DNA of 64,000 nucleotides from Pelomyxa schiedti. Its lineage: Eukaryota; Protista; Evosea. The stretch's first letter is position 1, and every line of letters begins with the position of its first letter. Under the pieces are notes generated by a model that worked only from the letters and a program-made list of their open reading frames with translations, was not told the origin of the DNA and made no database searches. The DNA lies in contig JAHLWZ010000615.1 of the NCBI GenBank assembly GCA_020536535.1, positions 18,027 to 82,026 of the forward strand. Direction: 5' to 3'. The position numbers were made by a program, and so were the translations under genes. Shown in pieces: positions 12,701 through 25,696 of the stretch.

Positions 12701-14064
12701 AAGCACAAAATGCCTTACAAGTTTTCACAAACTCCAATGATGGCTCTGATTTGGTTCGAAATCTTGACTCGATCATAAATCGGTTGTCATCACCTCCAGG
12801 TCTCGATTTTTTAGACCCGAGTTTACCCCAAAATCCCCCATCTGGCACTCAGTCCGATTTTGCATCGGATAACTTTCAAGTGCCTGCAGTCATTGCAGAG
12901 GGGGAGCAAAAAGGGGGAGCTTCTGAAAAGCCTTCTCTCTCAAATCAACAAAAAAAGAATAAACCAGTTGTACCTCATCCTACCCCAGTAATGCAATCAA
13001 ATCACATGAACACTCAGATACCACCAACACAACTTCAGACTTTAGTTCAGCCGTCCATTCCAACCGTTACACAAATACAACCGCATCAATTTCAGACACA
13101 GCAAGCAGTACATCAATTCCCTGTACAATTAGCACAATCCAACCAAATACATAGCATAGCAGAGTTGCCTCATACACTCTTTCCTGGGTTATATACCCAA
13201 TCAAGTCCCATGCAAATTCTCACCATGCCTCAGTATTACATGATGCAACAGCAACTTATACAACCCCAAACAGCACCAATACTTCCATCGCAACAAATAC
13301 AATCTCCCCCTGTCGGAACCCAGTCCCAGCTGCAACAAGAAACAACTCTACACCAGTACGCTTCCACTCCACAACTTCAACTTCAGTTGCAGGCACACCA
13401 ACAGCTACTACAAGCACAACAGGCTCAAGTGCACTTGAGTCTTCCTCTTGCTACTACATTACTTCACCCAGGGACTTCTCCTTCCAATCTTTTACATACG
13501 CAAATACACCAAGGAGAACTGGCGCAAACGCATGGCGTACCATCTCAGCTCATTACACTACCGATGCAAAAGTCACCAATGGTAGCAGGAAGAGGACCCA
13601 GAGGGCCAACGCAATTAATCAAAACACCTCAAACCAGCCATTTCCTTCACCCACAACATCCACCAGTAAATTTCCCTAAAACCGGCCAACCGGCTGTCCA
13701 ACACCACCCGCTCTCAAGCATTCACATCAATCCACCACAAGAAATCAACCGCACCAATCTGCAACCACCCACTCCGCAATTGCACCCACAATTACCAACG
13801 CAAGTTCAAGCCCAGAGCCAAGCAACACAACCCCCGGAACTTACTGCACAACCGCAATCACAGCCACAACTGCTGACTCAGCCACAACTGCATCAGCAAC
13901 AGACTGGCAATAACCTTCAACCACAAACACACCCACAGACACTTCTCTCAATTCCAACTCAACACTTGAGCTCACCACAGACACCCTCACAACAAATACA
14001 ACTCCCAACCCAATTGAAACCCCCAGAACCAGCACCCACCACAGAAGCAACCACAGTAGAGTGA
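9785..14064 (+). CDS. Large low-complexity protein containing an AlkD-type (HEAT-like) DNA alkylation repair glycosylase domain
   Basis: A 41-nt intron at 10611-10651 joins the first two ORFs in frame. The domain at about 11600-12480 contains QKYMKN...GIMIPQLK, VNDWSTCDSL, MWRQRACC and FVQLGVGWLLRE. A Q/P-rich C-terminus follows. Confidence 0.8.
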
Positions 14065-14180
14065 TAAAATAGATAGGCTTTTACCTGTACCATTACCCTT
14101 TTGAAAACGAGTCAGCAAAAAAAAAAAAGACAAACCAATCAGGAAACCGGGCAAAGGGAAAAAAAACACCGAAATAAAGA

Positions 14181-17100
14181 ATGAAGCGGAGGTGGCGATG
14201 TGGCCTCGTACTTTTTGTGGTGTATATATGCATTATGGGAGAGACTGGAACGTGTCAGGAAACGGGTGGGGCCTCATCAGTTGTGTTGTCAGGCACAATT
14301 GGCAACCAGGGAGTGGAACCCACAATTTTGTTGTGCTCAATGGACGGTCGCATGCAAGCACTGGGAGCTGTATCGGGAACCCCAAAGTTGACTTTTTTTT
14401 TGTTTTCTGTTGTTATTGTTTTGCTCATTTTGGCTTAATAGGTGGGGCCTTGATATTCCAGGAGAAGAAAAAAGTTCATCAGACTTTTCTGGTGAGGCCA
14501 CACCACATTTTATTCCTAGTGCAGATGGGTCTGGGTCACTGTATGCATTCAGCAAACACGCAGGAGGTTCCTCTCAGCTTGTTAGGCTTCCTGTCACTAT
14601 GTCTGACATTGTATGTTGAAATTGAACCATGTAACTTACTATTTATAAAGACCACACATTAATATGTTTCAAGGTTTCTAATTCTCCTTTTATGAGCCCA
14701 GACGGAGTACTTTATGTGGGATCAAGAACTTCTAGTGTGTTCTTTGTAGATATAGAAAGGGGAACACTCTCACAGTAATACTCATACTTCCATTCATTTC
14801 TGAGGTCTTCTCAGGCTCAACTCACCAACTGAGAGTGTTCCTGAACACATTGACCCTTTGGATTTGGAAAGCTCTGGTGCTCACATTGGGCGCATTGATT
14901 ACACCGTTACTGCTGTGGATTCCATCACCAACCGAGAGCTATGGAATGCAACCAGCAGCCAGTAAAGCTTCCCTTCGTTGTCTTTGTCTAACGTTCTAGG
15001 TATGTGGCTATTTCATCTGGGATGCCTGGGGTGCCAGGCACTGTACCTCAGGCCCAAAGATTTGCGGTTTCAGTTGGTGTAACTGGTGAAGTGAGGTGTG
15101 TTGATACACTTGTTGGTACACTACTATGGACATTCAAGTTAAAGACTCCTGCCATTGCTGCCTACCTCGTTTCTACTGCCGTTGAAGTTCCAAACCTCTT
15201 ACAGACAGTGAAACTGCCACTCTATTATTATGCGACTGACTCTTCCGTTGGAGGACTGCATAACGGCATTTTTGTGGGTGAGAGTGGAGGAAAGAGCTTT
15301 GCTTTACCTACTATTCAAACTGCTCTCCCCAGTAATATGGTTGCTTCTGGGCCAACCTTTACTCTCCTTCAACCAAATGTGCCCAAGTATTGGGATGCAC
15401 AGAGAGATGATTATCCGTTAGCACTGCTTCCGGACTATTCAACAGTTTTTACTCTACTTGAAGGTCCTACATGCGCGGAAGATGAAGAACCAGAAGATAC
15501 CATCCACTTTGTTACTGTAGTGGACAATTCGATAGCAAATGTTCCAACCGACCCCAAGCCTACAGAGTATCGCTTTTTCATTCTTGTGCCGTTCTCTATT
15601 TTGACAGGAACACTTGGTGCTCTCTTAACCATTCGCGCAATTTATAAGGTGAGGCAGTCCAGGGCACAACAACGACCCAAGCAGAAGCAAGTACCTAAAG
15701 AGCATGGAAAGTGCACACTGAAGCAGGAAAATGCGGGTGAACCACAAACAACTCCGAATCAGGAGATTCCTGTTATTCAGAGTTCAGCACAAACTACGGC
15801 TGCTACACCATCCCAACCCATAACACAAACAGTGACGAAAGTAGAGACGTTACCGACACCAAGCGCTGCAGCGATAGTAACCCATACGTCCGCAGCCACA
15901 ACAGAAACAACAGTGCCAGCGCCTACAGTACCACAGATTACACCAAAAGTTCCCACTCAAACAGAGCCCGCAGCTCTTAAACAAAAATCTGATGTGTCCC
16001 AAGAAGCTACCCAAAACGTACCCCAGAAACTTCCAAATGAGCAAACAACAAAAGAGGCTGTCCCTGTCCGCCCCATAGAACCCTCACCATCGGAGATGAA
16101 ACCTCGCCAAAAATCTGGAAAATCTAAACCCTCAAAAAGTCCTCAAAAACCAAATGCAAAGACAACCTCAAAGCAATCTTCTGCGTCTGCCGAGCCTCCA
16201 GAACAATTATCCACTAACGCCACATCTTCTGCAACTGCATCATCACTGAAACCTACAAGTTCTTTACCCGTAAGTTCGTTGAACCAAGCTACCACAACCG
16301 CATCGTCTTCAACAGTACCTACTACTATAGCTTCTTCTCGTATCACAACAACTTCTGACCCAAACTCTCCCGCAATTCAGTGGAAAACCCATCTACATGT
16401 CGGCAAGGTAGTTGTTGATCTCACTCGCGTTCTTGGATATGGTAGTTGTGGTACCATTGTATATGAAGGCTGTCTAGAGGATGGCAGACGTGTAGCTGTT
16501 AAGAGAATGCTAAAGCAATTCTACGTCGTGGCACAACGAGAAGTTACTTTGCTATTGGAAAGTGACGAGCACCCAAATGTTGTGAGATACTACGTCCGTG
16601 AAGAAGATGAAAACTTCATGTTAGCACCGCCTTTCCCTCCAATAAATGACCCTATTCCACAGCTATCTTGCTCTCACGTACTGTGAAAAGACACTGACCA
16701 AATATGTTGAAGATAATGTACTCTTCACTTCACTTTCCACAGCACTTTCTCAAACAAGATTATAAAATCCTCCTCATTATCACTTGCCAACTTGACAAAG
16801 AATAGAAAGATGTTGGCTCTCTTTTGACTGAAGAGCTTAAGCAAATTATGGTTGACGTTGTGTCTGGAATAAGGTTGTTTACCAATCTCCATGAGATTTT
16901 AATTTCTCATAGCCATATTCACTCCTTGAATATCTGCCATCGTGATCTTAAGCCTGGTAATATGCAGTCAAACGGGGCTCCACTCATGTCATACAGATAA
17001 CATCTTAATTGATACTAAGGGGCACGCACGTATTTCTGATATGGGTCTGGCCAAAAAAATGAAAGATAGCCAGTTTTCGTGCAGCGGTTCCAATACAGGT

Positions 17101-18031
17101 AGCTTTAGAAATGAATTTAATCTCAGATGTTATTCATGTGTGAAGGCAGTATTGGCTGGCAAGCTCCAGAGTTAATTGATCCTCGTATTGGGAAGACAGG
17201 GGCTGCTGTTGACTCATTTGCACTTGGGTGTATCCTGTTTTACATTGTAGCCGATCGTTTCACCGTACTGAATTAAACACTACACAGGTTACTAATCGAC
17301 ACCCTTTTGGAGATAGACATAAGAGAGAGCAAAACATACTTGCAGGCAACTGTGACCTCTCCCCAATTGCGCATTCAGTAGAGCTCCTGGACCTTGTGTC
17401 AAGATTACTTCTTCAAAATCCAGCAGATAGACTTCCAGTTTCACAAACACTCTATCACCCTTTTTTCTGGACTCCACAGGTACTGTGACCATAGTTTTTA
17501 CGACTGACTTTAGTAAAAGAGGACTTTGAATTTCCTTGTCGTTGCTTCAGATAAATTGGAAAACGAAAAAGCCTCGTATGCACTTTCCAAATGACTGTTC
17601 TATGAGATGTAACATCCTGAGCAGATCGAGTATCGTTCAGGCTTTCGAGAGAATAGAGCCGAGTTGGGCAGCTGGTGCGGACCTATGCATCCGGTACTGG
17701 GTAAACAGGCTTGACCCAATGCTCGTAGCAGACTTGTCACATCACCGCTGGTATTCCTATGACTCTTGCCGAGACTTACTCCGTGTCTTCCGCAACAAGG
17801 TCCATTCCATGCCCAACTTACCCAAAAATTGATTGATGCACCGTGAAGGTGAGCCATTACTATGAACTGGATGAGCAACTTAAGATCAGACTCGGCCGAC
17901 TTCCGGATGGATTCCTTAGGTACTTCACCCAACGGTTCCCGACATTGGTGATGAGAACCTACAACATCATTGCACTACACTGCCCAAATGACCCTGCTTT
18001 CACAGACTACTTGTACACCCACAAAATGTAA
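14181..18031 (+). CDS. IRE1: IRE1 transmembrane kinase/endoribonuclease
   Basis: Signal peptide; luminal motifs (CSMDGRM, FIPSADGSGSLY, DGVLYVGSR, IGRIDYTV); TM helix; kinase (LGYGSCGTIVYEG, VAVKRML, HRDLKPDNIL, ISDMGLAKK, GWQAPE); KEN RNase (DLLRVFRNK..HYYEL, YFTQRFP). Confidence 0.95.
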
Positions 18032-18071
18032 ATAAGAGAAGAAAGAGGCCATAAGCCAATAAAACATTTCT

Positions 18072-19376
18072 TTAGTTCTTCTCTGGTTCTTCACCACCCT
18101 GGATGTCAAGCTTCTTTTCTGGTGCTGGGTAGGGAATTCCTGGTATCTTGAGTATTCCGTTGTAGACAAAGCTGCTGGAAATAAGTACTACGAATCCACC
18201 AAGCTCCAGCCATGACCACACAGACCACATTTCACCAAAACCACTTGTTGGCCAGATAGTGTAGATAACCAGGTCAGTAACCCAAATGCAAGTAGTACGG
18301 ACGGCCTCGAAAATTGTGCGGTTAACGGCGTTGAACAGGTCAGTGACGAACATGCCGTACACGTTGTAGAGTAGCACAGCGACGAAGAATACAACTATGC
18401 AGCCAATAAGATCGGCACTGGTCACCATGCACATGAACGAGTCAATGGTGTTTTCGAGGCTGTTGTGGGGCATGGTGCTGTAGTCGGTACCGGGAATTAC
18501 GTAGGCAAGAGGGCAAGCAATGAACACCATCAGAAGAGTGCCCCATAGTCCCTCATAGCCCACCACACGGAGTGGGTCAAGGGAGAGATTCTTCAGCAAG
18601 AACTCCTCAGTGACGATTTGTCCAGCTTGAATGAGTTGGGAGAAAATGACGAGGCAGCACCCAACCATAGTCTCGGCCGCAGTAGACGGTATTCCAGGCT
18701 GTGGCATCAGCATACCAGCTGTACCAACCATCACCAACGCAACACAGCAAATACCGAGTCCAACCATTTGGTGGTAGTGAATTGGGCGCCCCAGGAAAAT
18801 TCGTGAGAGAATAGAACTGAAGATAACCATTGAGCCACGAAGCATTTGGAAAACACTGACGGAAATATAGATCAGCCCAAAGGTCATCAGTGTGCTTGCA
18901 AGAAGGTCGAAAGTACACGGGACCATCATGATGATAGGGTTAGTCTTTTGCTTGGGCTCCTCTTTTTTCGGGACCAGTCTAGCAGCCTCCCCAAATTCAC
19001 GGCTTTCCGCAAGCTTCTTGGCGCGGAAATATGTAATAGCATCGGCAATCCAAGCAAGAGGCAGGGCCAAAGCCATAGCACCAAACATGAGTATACTTTG
19101 GAAAAACGGTTTTTCGAACGGATGTTCTATGTCACCCCATCCCATGCAGAACATAGCCAAAGAAATCTAACCAATTTTACCACAATAGTTTTTCTTTACA
19201 AGCGCATATTTAATTAACTGTTATCGTATTGTTTGTAGTATTGCCGTAACGTCGAGATCTGAAACTACCTTAGACGAGATGGACGTGCAAGTGCCCATCA
19301 CCAACATGCCCGTCAAAATATGAATACCCTTCGCGAGCTTCGCATTCTCGATGTTTCTGCCGAAAAGAACAACCAT
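18072..19376 (-). CDS. SLC35F6-like nucleotide-sugar/DMT transporter
   Basis: ATG at 19376 and one intron. FEKPFFQSILMF, SVFQMLRGSMVIF, VVGYEGLWG and RTIFEAVRT motifs; about 10 TM helices. Confidence 0.9.
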
Positions 19377-19659
19377 AGACTACGGCGATAACGCGTCTTC
19401 AATCAGAGATCTATGTACCCAAATCTACGGTATTCCCTCAACGGGCGCTGTGGCGCGGCACCAAAGGTTGTTTTTCTTTTTGAGTTTCGCGTTCGCCCCA
19501 GATCTGGGTGAATCAAAGTGCAAAAATAGCCCAAGATGGGGGAACTCGATCACTCCCCGAAAAAAATCGCTCTGCAGTTGCAGCGTCCAATATCGGCACG
19601 ACGCCCGAACGAACGACATTTAGCTACGCTACCAGGGACAATAGCAAAACGAGGACACA

Positions 19660-20670
19660 ATGACGAGGGTGCCATTTAAGTTACGCAAGTACCGCGAAAG
19701 ATCTCAGCCAAAAGCACGTGCCCACTTGGGGTTTTTGCAAAAACATGCCGACTACAAAAAACGTGCTGAATATACTCACAAGTGTGCATTTGGACCGCCT
19801 CCTTTTTTTTTTTGACTTTGGGTCTCTAAGGAAGAAGGAACTCCTTACGTCTTTGAAAGAGCAAGCACTAAATAGAAATCCGGATGAATATCACCCAACC
19901 ATGAAAAATAGAAGAATGCGGGTTTTTTCCGATACTTTTCCCTCACTTCGTTCATAGCCGACAGGATGGCAAACAATATAAAAGTAGAATGGAAACGGAC
20001 TTGACCCCTGAAGAGCTGGCACTCATTCAGACCCAAGATACTGGGTACCTGCAATACGCCAAATCCATTGATGTCAAGGTTTTTCTTTGTCTTGTTCGCG
20101 GGATAAATTTGGCTCAACTTTACAAACCTAGAAAGTCCAAAGACTGGAAGCCAATCTTCATAGAATTGGTGCAAAGCCAGAAAATACAAGAATATTATTT
20201 GCCTCTTCTCCTGAAGAACAGGAGGCGCTTCAGAAACGAGTTATTGCTGAAAGTAGATCCACATTACCCGTCAAGTAAGATGACATTTCTTACCGTGCCT
20301 TTCATTTCAATATCCTCGTTATGTTTAGAATATTTTGATACCTCTCTAGATTACGTCCGGAGCAACTTTCTGCAGCATCTGTTGTTGTCGGGTCTATCGG
20401 CAAAGTAACTACCAAGGCGAGTTGTTTGTACCATTTCTTTCTTTAATTGCAGTGAAGGGCTTGGCAAAACTAGAAAAGCAGAAAAGAGATACCTACGCTG
20501 AACTTCACCAGCGCAAGCAACGCATAAAGAAATTCAATAAAATGCTGCGCACAGTAGACATTCAGCACTCACTCAGAAAAGTCAAAGACAAGAGAACGGA
20601 AATACAGAAAATTGTAGACCCGGAAACCGAAAAAGTTACTATCAAATTCACCTCAATCCGGCGTAAATAG
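19660..20670 (+). CDS. UTP11: U3 snoRNP/SSU processome protein Utp11
   Basis: YRERSQPKARAHLGFLQKHADYKKRA, LKEQALNRNPDEYHPTM, LIQTQDTGYL and C-terminal KFTSIRRK. Confidence 0.92.
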
Positions 20671-20740
20671 ACCAACAAACACTAAACAAACAAAGTATTG
20701 TACCCAAGCAAAAATAAAAAAAATTTTATATACAATTCTC

Positions 20741-22991
20741 TTATACTTTGTTTGGCCTTGACACAAACGGCAAGTTAACAGTTGTGGGGACCCAACAAGT
20801 CAAAAGTGCAGTGACGGCAGACAAACAAGCTAGTAGAACAAATGGGAAGTGGTAGTCAATAGGGAACACTACAACAAAATACGTTTCGTTAGAACAGGAA
20901 AGAAGCAAGAGGATGAGAGACCTGTGTTGGAAAAAGACCAAGCCAGAAGAGGAGGAAAGATAGCAGGACTGAAGCCCCGGGTTAGAGCCACTAAGCTTTG
21001 TCCTATGCCGTTGGCTGTGCCCATATCCTATGCAGCTGGTATTAGGAAAAAGAGGGTGGAATAAGGGAAATAACCTTATCACCAACACTGTTGGTTAGTA
21101 ATGTTACAACGGCGGATATCACACATTGCCGGAAAAACTGGTAAATCAAGAGATACGATATAATGGCTGTCCAAACTGCAGCAGTGTTGATAGGGACTAG
21201 TAATGAACAGAAAGGCAGGGCAAAAACCACAGGAGCGATTCCCAAGCTACCAAAGCGGTTCGTCCACAACAACCTTGCAGGTATGATATGAGTGTGTGTT
21301 GTGGGTCTGAGGAACAACTAGCACACTTCAGTCTATTGGCTATCCTCTTGTAAAAGAATAGCTGAGTTATAACCATAGACAACCCACCCACGGAAATAGC
21401 AATTCCAATTTCGGTAGAATCAAAACCAAGACCACCACTTTCCGGTGTTGCAGATGCCCACACTGGAAAAAGTGTATCCATACCCGATTGCACAAAGCCC
21501 ACATATGCATATCTAGGTGAAGCTAAGATATTGAAATTGCTCAAGAGTACCTACAGGAAACATATGAACAAAGGCAGTGCCCATTTCTTCCATAACGAGG
21601 TGAAATCACGCTTTACAGCAGGATCATTGACTTTCCCCACAAGTGCACCTTCACTTTTCTCAACTGGGAGCATTTCAACTTCACTTTGAAGGTTATTGAT
21701 AACAGCTTCACCACATGAAGTAGTTGCAGTTGTATCATTCACAATAGACTCAGGTTCACAGGATTGTTTGAAGCCATTGGCTTCTATATCCAGTGCAAGG
21801 GATCCCTCATCTTTACCACTTGAGGTAAGAGGAGTTTCATCCTGGATCTGGAAAGTTGTTAGACTTGGTTGTAAATTAATGTCAATCGCTGTTACATTTA
21901 ATTGTTGTCTTGGGGGGTTCTCCTTAATGAATAGAACTGCCAAAACGAAACTGGCTATAATAAATACAGAGACTATGAGGTTCGGCAGCAAGTAAGGAAA
22001 CTTTCCAAAGAGACCTTTTGATTTGTAAGGACACTTGTGCAATTTTATGCGCACAGACAGCAGACCATCAGGAGAAAACACGGACGGAAGTTTTGTTGCC
22101 GGTCGCGCAGTGAGACCTCCCAATGTTGAACCTCCAATGGCCCCAAGGCCATACATCAACCCCAATAATGCAAAAGTTTGAATCCGATTCGTAGCATCGG
22201 TCAGCTCACCTGGGGAGGTCAGACTGGAAAAGAAGAAATGAATGTACATTGTACTACCTAAATAAGTTTTAGAAACTCCAATATTGCCATTGAGGAGGCC
22301 ATTGAGAGACCGTGCAGCAAGTGCGGCAGGGTAAGACCAGCTGATAGATTTGGGTGAAAAAAAATCATATGAGGTACTGTTTAACCTAAAGCCAAACATA
22401 ATGGTAGACAAGAAGGACCCAAATGCACCAATGAGCATCACCGGCCTTCGACCTGAAGTGCCCATGAGATAAGAAGAAAGGGAAGTACTGAAGTACTAAC
22501 CCACCCTTTCGATCAGAAATCCACCCAAGAGGAAATGAGCTCAAAAACTGACATAGGAAAAACGAACTGGTTATAAAGCCAGCATAGTAGCCAACTTTGT
22601 CAGGATCATCAGTTACCCCCAGGTCTAAACCGAGAGGATTAAGTTGTAAAAAAAATCGGAATGCATGAGCAAGTTTCATACCAAGAACCATTTCTGGGAT
22701 ATACGCGGCAATTGATGTTCCCACCAGTCCTTCATTGATCATGAACATCTACACACAGCTCCCTCAATACTGTATCACTCCCAAAAAAAAAAAAAAAAAT
22801 TCACAAGGTACCAATACAGTCAGGAGCTTTGCACGTGGTACTCCAGGAGGCAGGATGGAATCCACCACACCACGAAACACTGAACCCATAATCCCTTTGC
22901 AGCTGCACGACGGCGTTGGATTTCCTCCCACCACTACCTCGTGTGACGACACAGACCCCATCTCGGGGTCCTCTGAAGACGTCGCTGGCAT
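20741..22991 (-). CDS. MFS transporter (ZIFL/TetA-like), multi-exon
   Basis: VGYYAGFITSSF, GWISDR|SGRRPVML, RSLNGLLNGNIGVSKTYLGELTD, FPYLLPNL and SGGLGFDSTEIG. Confidence 0.9.
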
Positions 22992-24710
22992 CCCTAACAC
23001 AGTTGCAGCAAATGAATTCAACAAAGTTCAGGGTTTCTTTTTGAAGCCAATCTATCTGCTAAGAGTTACAGGGGAATGCACCATGTTCCTGGAAGTTGGA
23101 AGTCAACATCTGTCTCATCTGCCTCATCAATCTCTCCTGGGAGTCCCACGTCAGAGGGGGTTCCTTCGATGCAACCACTGGAGCCCTTGAGGAGTTTCTG
23201 TGAAAAGCTTGATTGCAAAGACAACGCTCAAACCAGTATCCATCCAATGGTGGAAAATCCTCACTTTCGTGAAGTTGCACTTTGCCGTTAAGAATCCCAC
23301 AATAGACCCACCAGTTCCACTTCGTGTGCTGGGCTATTTTGTAGCAGTACATTGGTGTCAATTTTTTTTAGTCAACGAATCCCCGAACACAACAAAATGA
23401 ATGCAGAACTTCCAGACTCTGTACTTCAAAAGTATACACTGATGTACTGTGTTGAATAACCCACAATGAACGGTTCTCTAGGATTCAAGCTGGTGATGCT
23501 GTTTGACTTGCTTGTGGAATTTGCTAAGAAGTCAAAGTGCACAATTCAGTGTAAGACCATTCCTATTTTCACCAGACCTCTGAATCAAGAATCCATGAAG
23601 TGAGGGACTTCTTGCACACACTCTTGCTGACCCGTATTTACCTGCCTTCAGACTCTCATAGAGCCTTCTTCTCGAACTAGCTCCTGGAATCGGCTGACTG
23701 CTGTACCCTACTACTTCAGTTGAAGAAAGTATTCCAACGTGAGGGCAGTTTTAGGGTCAGTTTTTCTCACGATCGATAATTCTCACCTCACAATCGAGAT
23801 TGTAACCATTTGATAGATTTGAAGCGACATTAGTAGTACCCACGACAGCCACACTTGGTTTTTTTCCTCGTAAATCCAAACACGTGGTGTAGTTTACAAG
23901 AGCCAAGATGTCCGCCCATAATGGAGAAGTGTAATCGACATTTCCCCCACGCATGTGATTTGACGTCTTCCTGACGACTTTCCAGAAACTGCCAACCGAA
24001 TGAGACAACAACAGCCAGCCAACCGCCGCCACCAGAGATCAGCGCGGGCCCTTATCCTCGTACTGTCTGCTCTGTAAGCTATCCCGCTGTACTCATTTCC
24101 CTCTCTTCCGAGATGCTCAACCACAATCCACGTGGTACTCATACAACAACGTCACGAGAAAAGGGAGCAGGGGTGGAAAGAGGTAGTATTGAGAGTGGGA
24201 ACAGTCACTGATTGCCAAAGCAAGTTTACTGGATAGATCATGGGAGGGGTTACAAGGTGTGGGCTCTGTGACAAAAGAAGAATTATTTGGCCTGTGAGCG
24301 GACCCACAATGACTGGATGAGAGATGGAGACCACACCTGCAGTATGAATGATACCCGAGAAAATGGAGAATAACAGATACTTTATTCTTCGATTACTACA
24401 GGCCTCAGCTAGAGCTTCCCCATAATCCTATTTGGTTGGTAAACCTTCGCGGCTTCAGGACCACAGGCCACATTGTTTTTGTGTTTCCGAATCGACAGTT
24501 GCAATCATCAAACCAAATCCAATCCAGTCATCGACCATTTAGTAAAGCGAAGAAGATCTAAAAAATAAATAAAAACGAGACAATGAGATGCCGGCAGTGG
24601 CAGGTGACAGTTCGGTCTCTTTTTTACAAAACACCAACAAACACAAACAAATAAAAAAAACAGTGTGTGCACTGTGGTTACTACGGTCAATTGAAGGGGA
24701 CCATGCGCTA

Positions 24711-24945
24711 CACAATCATCATCAGCGGCATCAGAATTACCTTACCCCACGTTTAATTGCTAATTACATTACAGAGGCTACCCTCTGAGAACCACCTGGA
24801 TGCGAAGGAGCCCCAAAAAGGGACTCTGGTGCAGGTTTCGGTCTCCCGTGCTGAGAGGGAGGCTCTGCGCCATCTACTACCTGCTTCGCGGAGTGGAGCG
24901 GACCACAATCATCATCAGCGGCATCAGAATTACCTTACCCCACGT
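24711..24945. repeat. Exact 42-bp direct repeat (24711-24752 and 24904-24945) flanking a 151-bp hairpin-rich spacer
   Basis: CACAATCATCATCAGCGGCATCAGAATTACCTTACCCCACGT occurs twice. Confidence 0.95.
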
Positions 24946-25696
24946 GCGACAACGGTGAAGTCATTTGCACTGCAGTTGTTATGATGAAGAATACAAGACA
25001 GGTTTGACTTACAAAACTAACGCTGTGCCTCACTGAACTATAGTAACGAACCAAGATTAGCTACTTAAGGGACACAAACAAACTGCGCATGCACCAAATA
25101 CAGTGCGGCTCCCTAGCTCTTCTTTTGCTTGCCTTTTCACACTCCCGCCTCCACCTCGCAAAATTGAGGTCCTGTTGCCCAAATTTCCTTTCAGCGGTTT
25201 GAGTGAAAAAATTTTTTCCACAAAAATGCCTGTTCAGAGGAGGCCGCAGAAAGGACTTTAATTACGCATAGGGTTGCGGGTGTAACTACGATGGTGAAGA
25301 GAGACTGCAGTTACGATGCACTGCTCCGTGGAACGGTCACAGTGTAACTGGTACACGAGCGGTGCAGGTGGCACCGCCTCGCTTTGGCCCAATGTAGGCA
25401 ACAACCCCCCCACAAAGGCACCCCAACACCCGCATGATAGACTGCCACACCGACACACGTAACACTGCACAGTAAGTAAGTATCGGGGCCGTTGGCAACA
25501 GAAAAACAATTTGTGTGATTGTTCCCACACGGAACACCCCAGGTGTGCTGTGCACACAATAGAATGCGCAGCAGGACAAAACGACGGGATGGGGTTTCCT
25601 TGTTTGGACTCCAACACCTGTCTTTTCCCCGGCCTTCCTCTGTCCTGCAAAATTTGTTTCACGACTGTAAATGACATTCTTTTGATTTCTGTACTT

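Noticed and set aside
20417-20457. GC-AG intron in UTP11
   Set aside because: A GT donor in the same phase exists at 20405, so a non-canonical site is not required.
24711-24945. CRISPR array or hammerhead ribozyme
   Set aside because: There are only two repeats with a 151-nt spacer, in a eukaryote with no cas genes. The minus-strand CTGATGA and GAAA do not give correct hammerhead geometry, and the cleavage-site position would be G.
24981-25036. Box C/D snoRNA (ATGATGA…CTGA)
   Set aside because: It is short with a weak terminal stem, and I could not identify an rRNA-complementary guide. It needs snoscan to be reconsidered.
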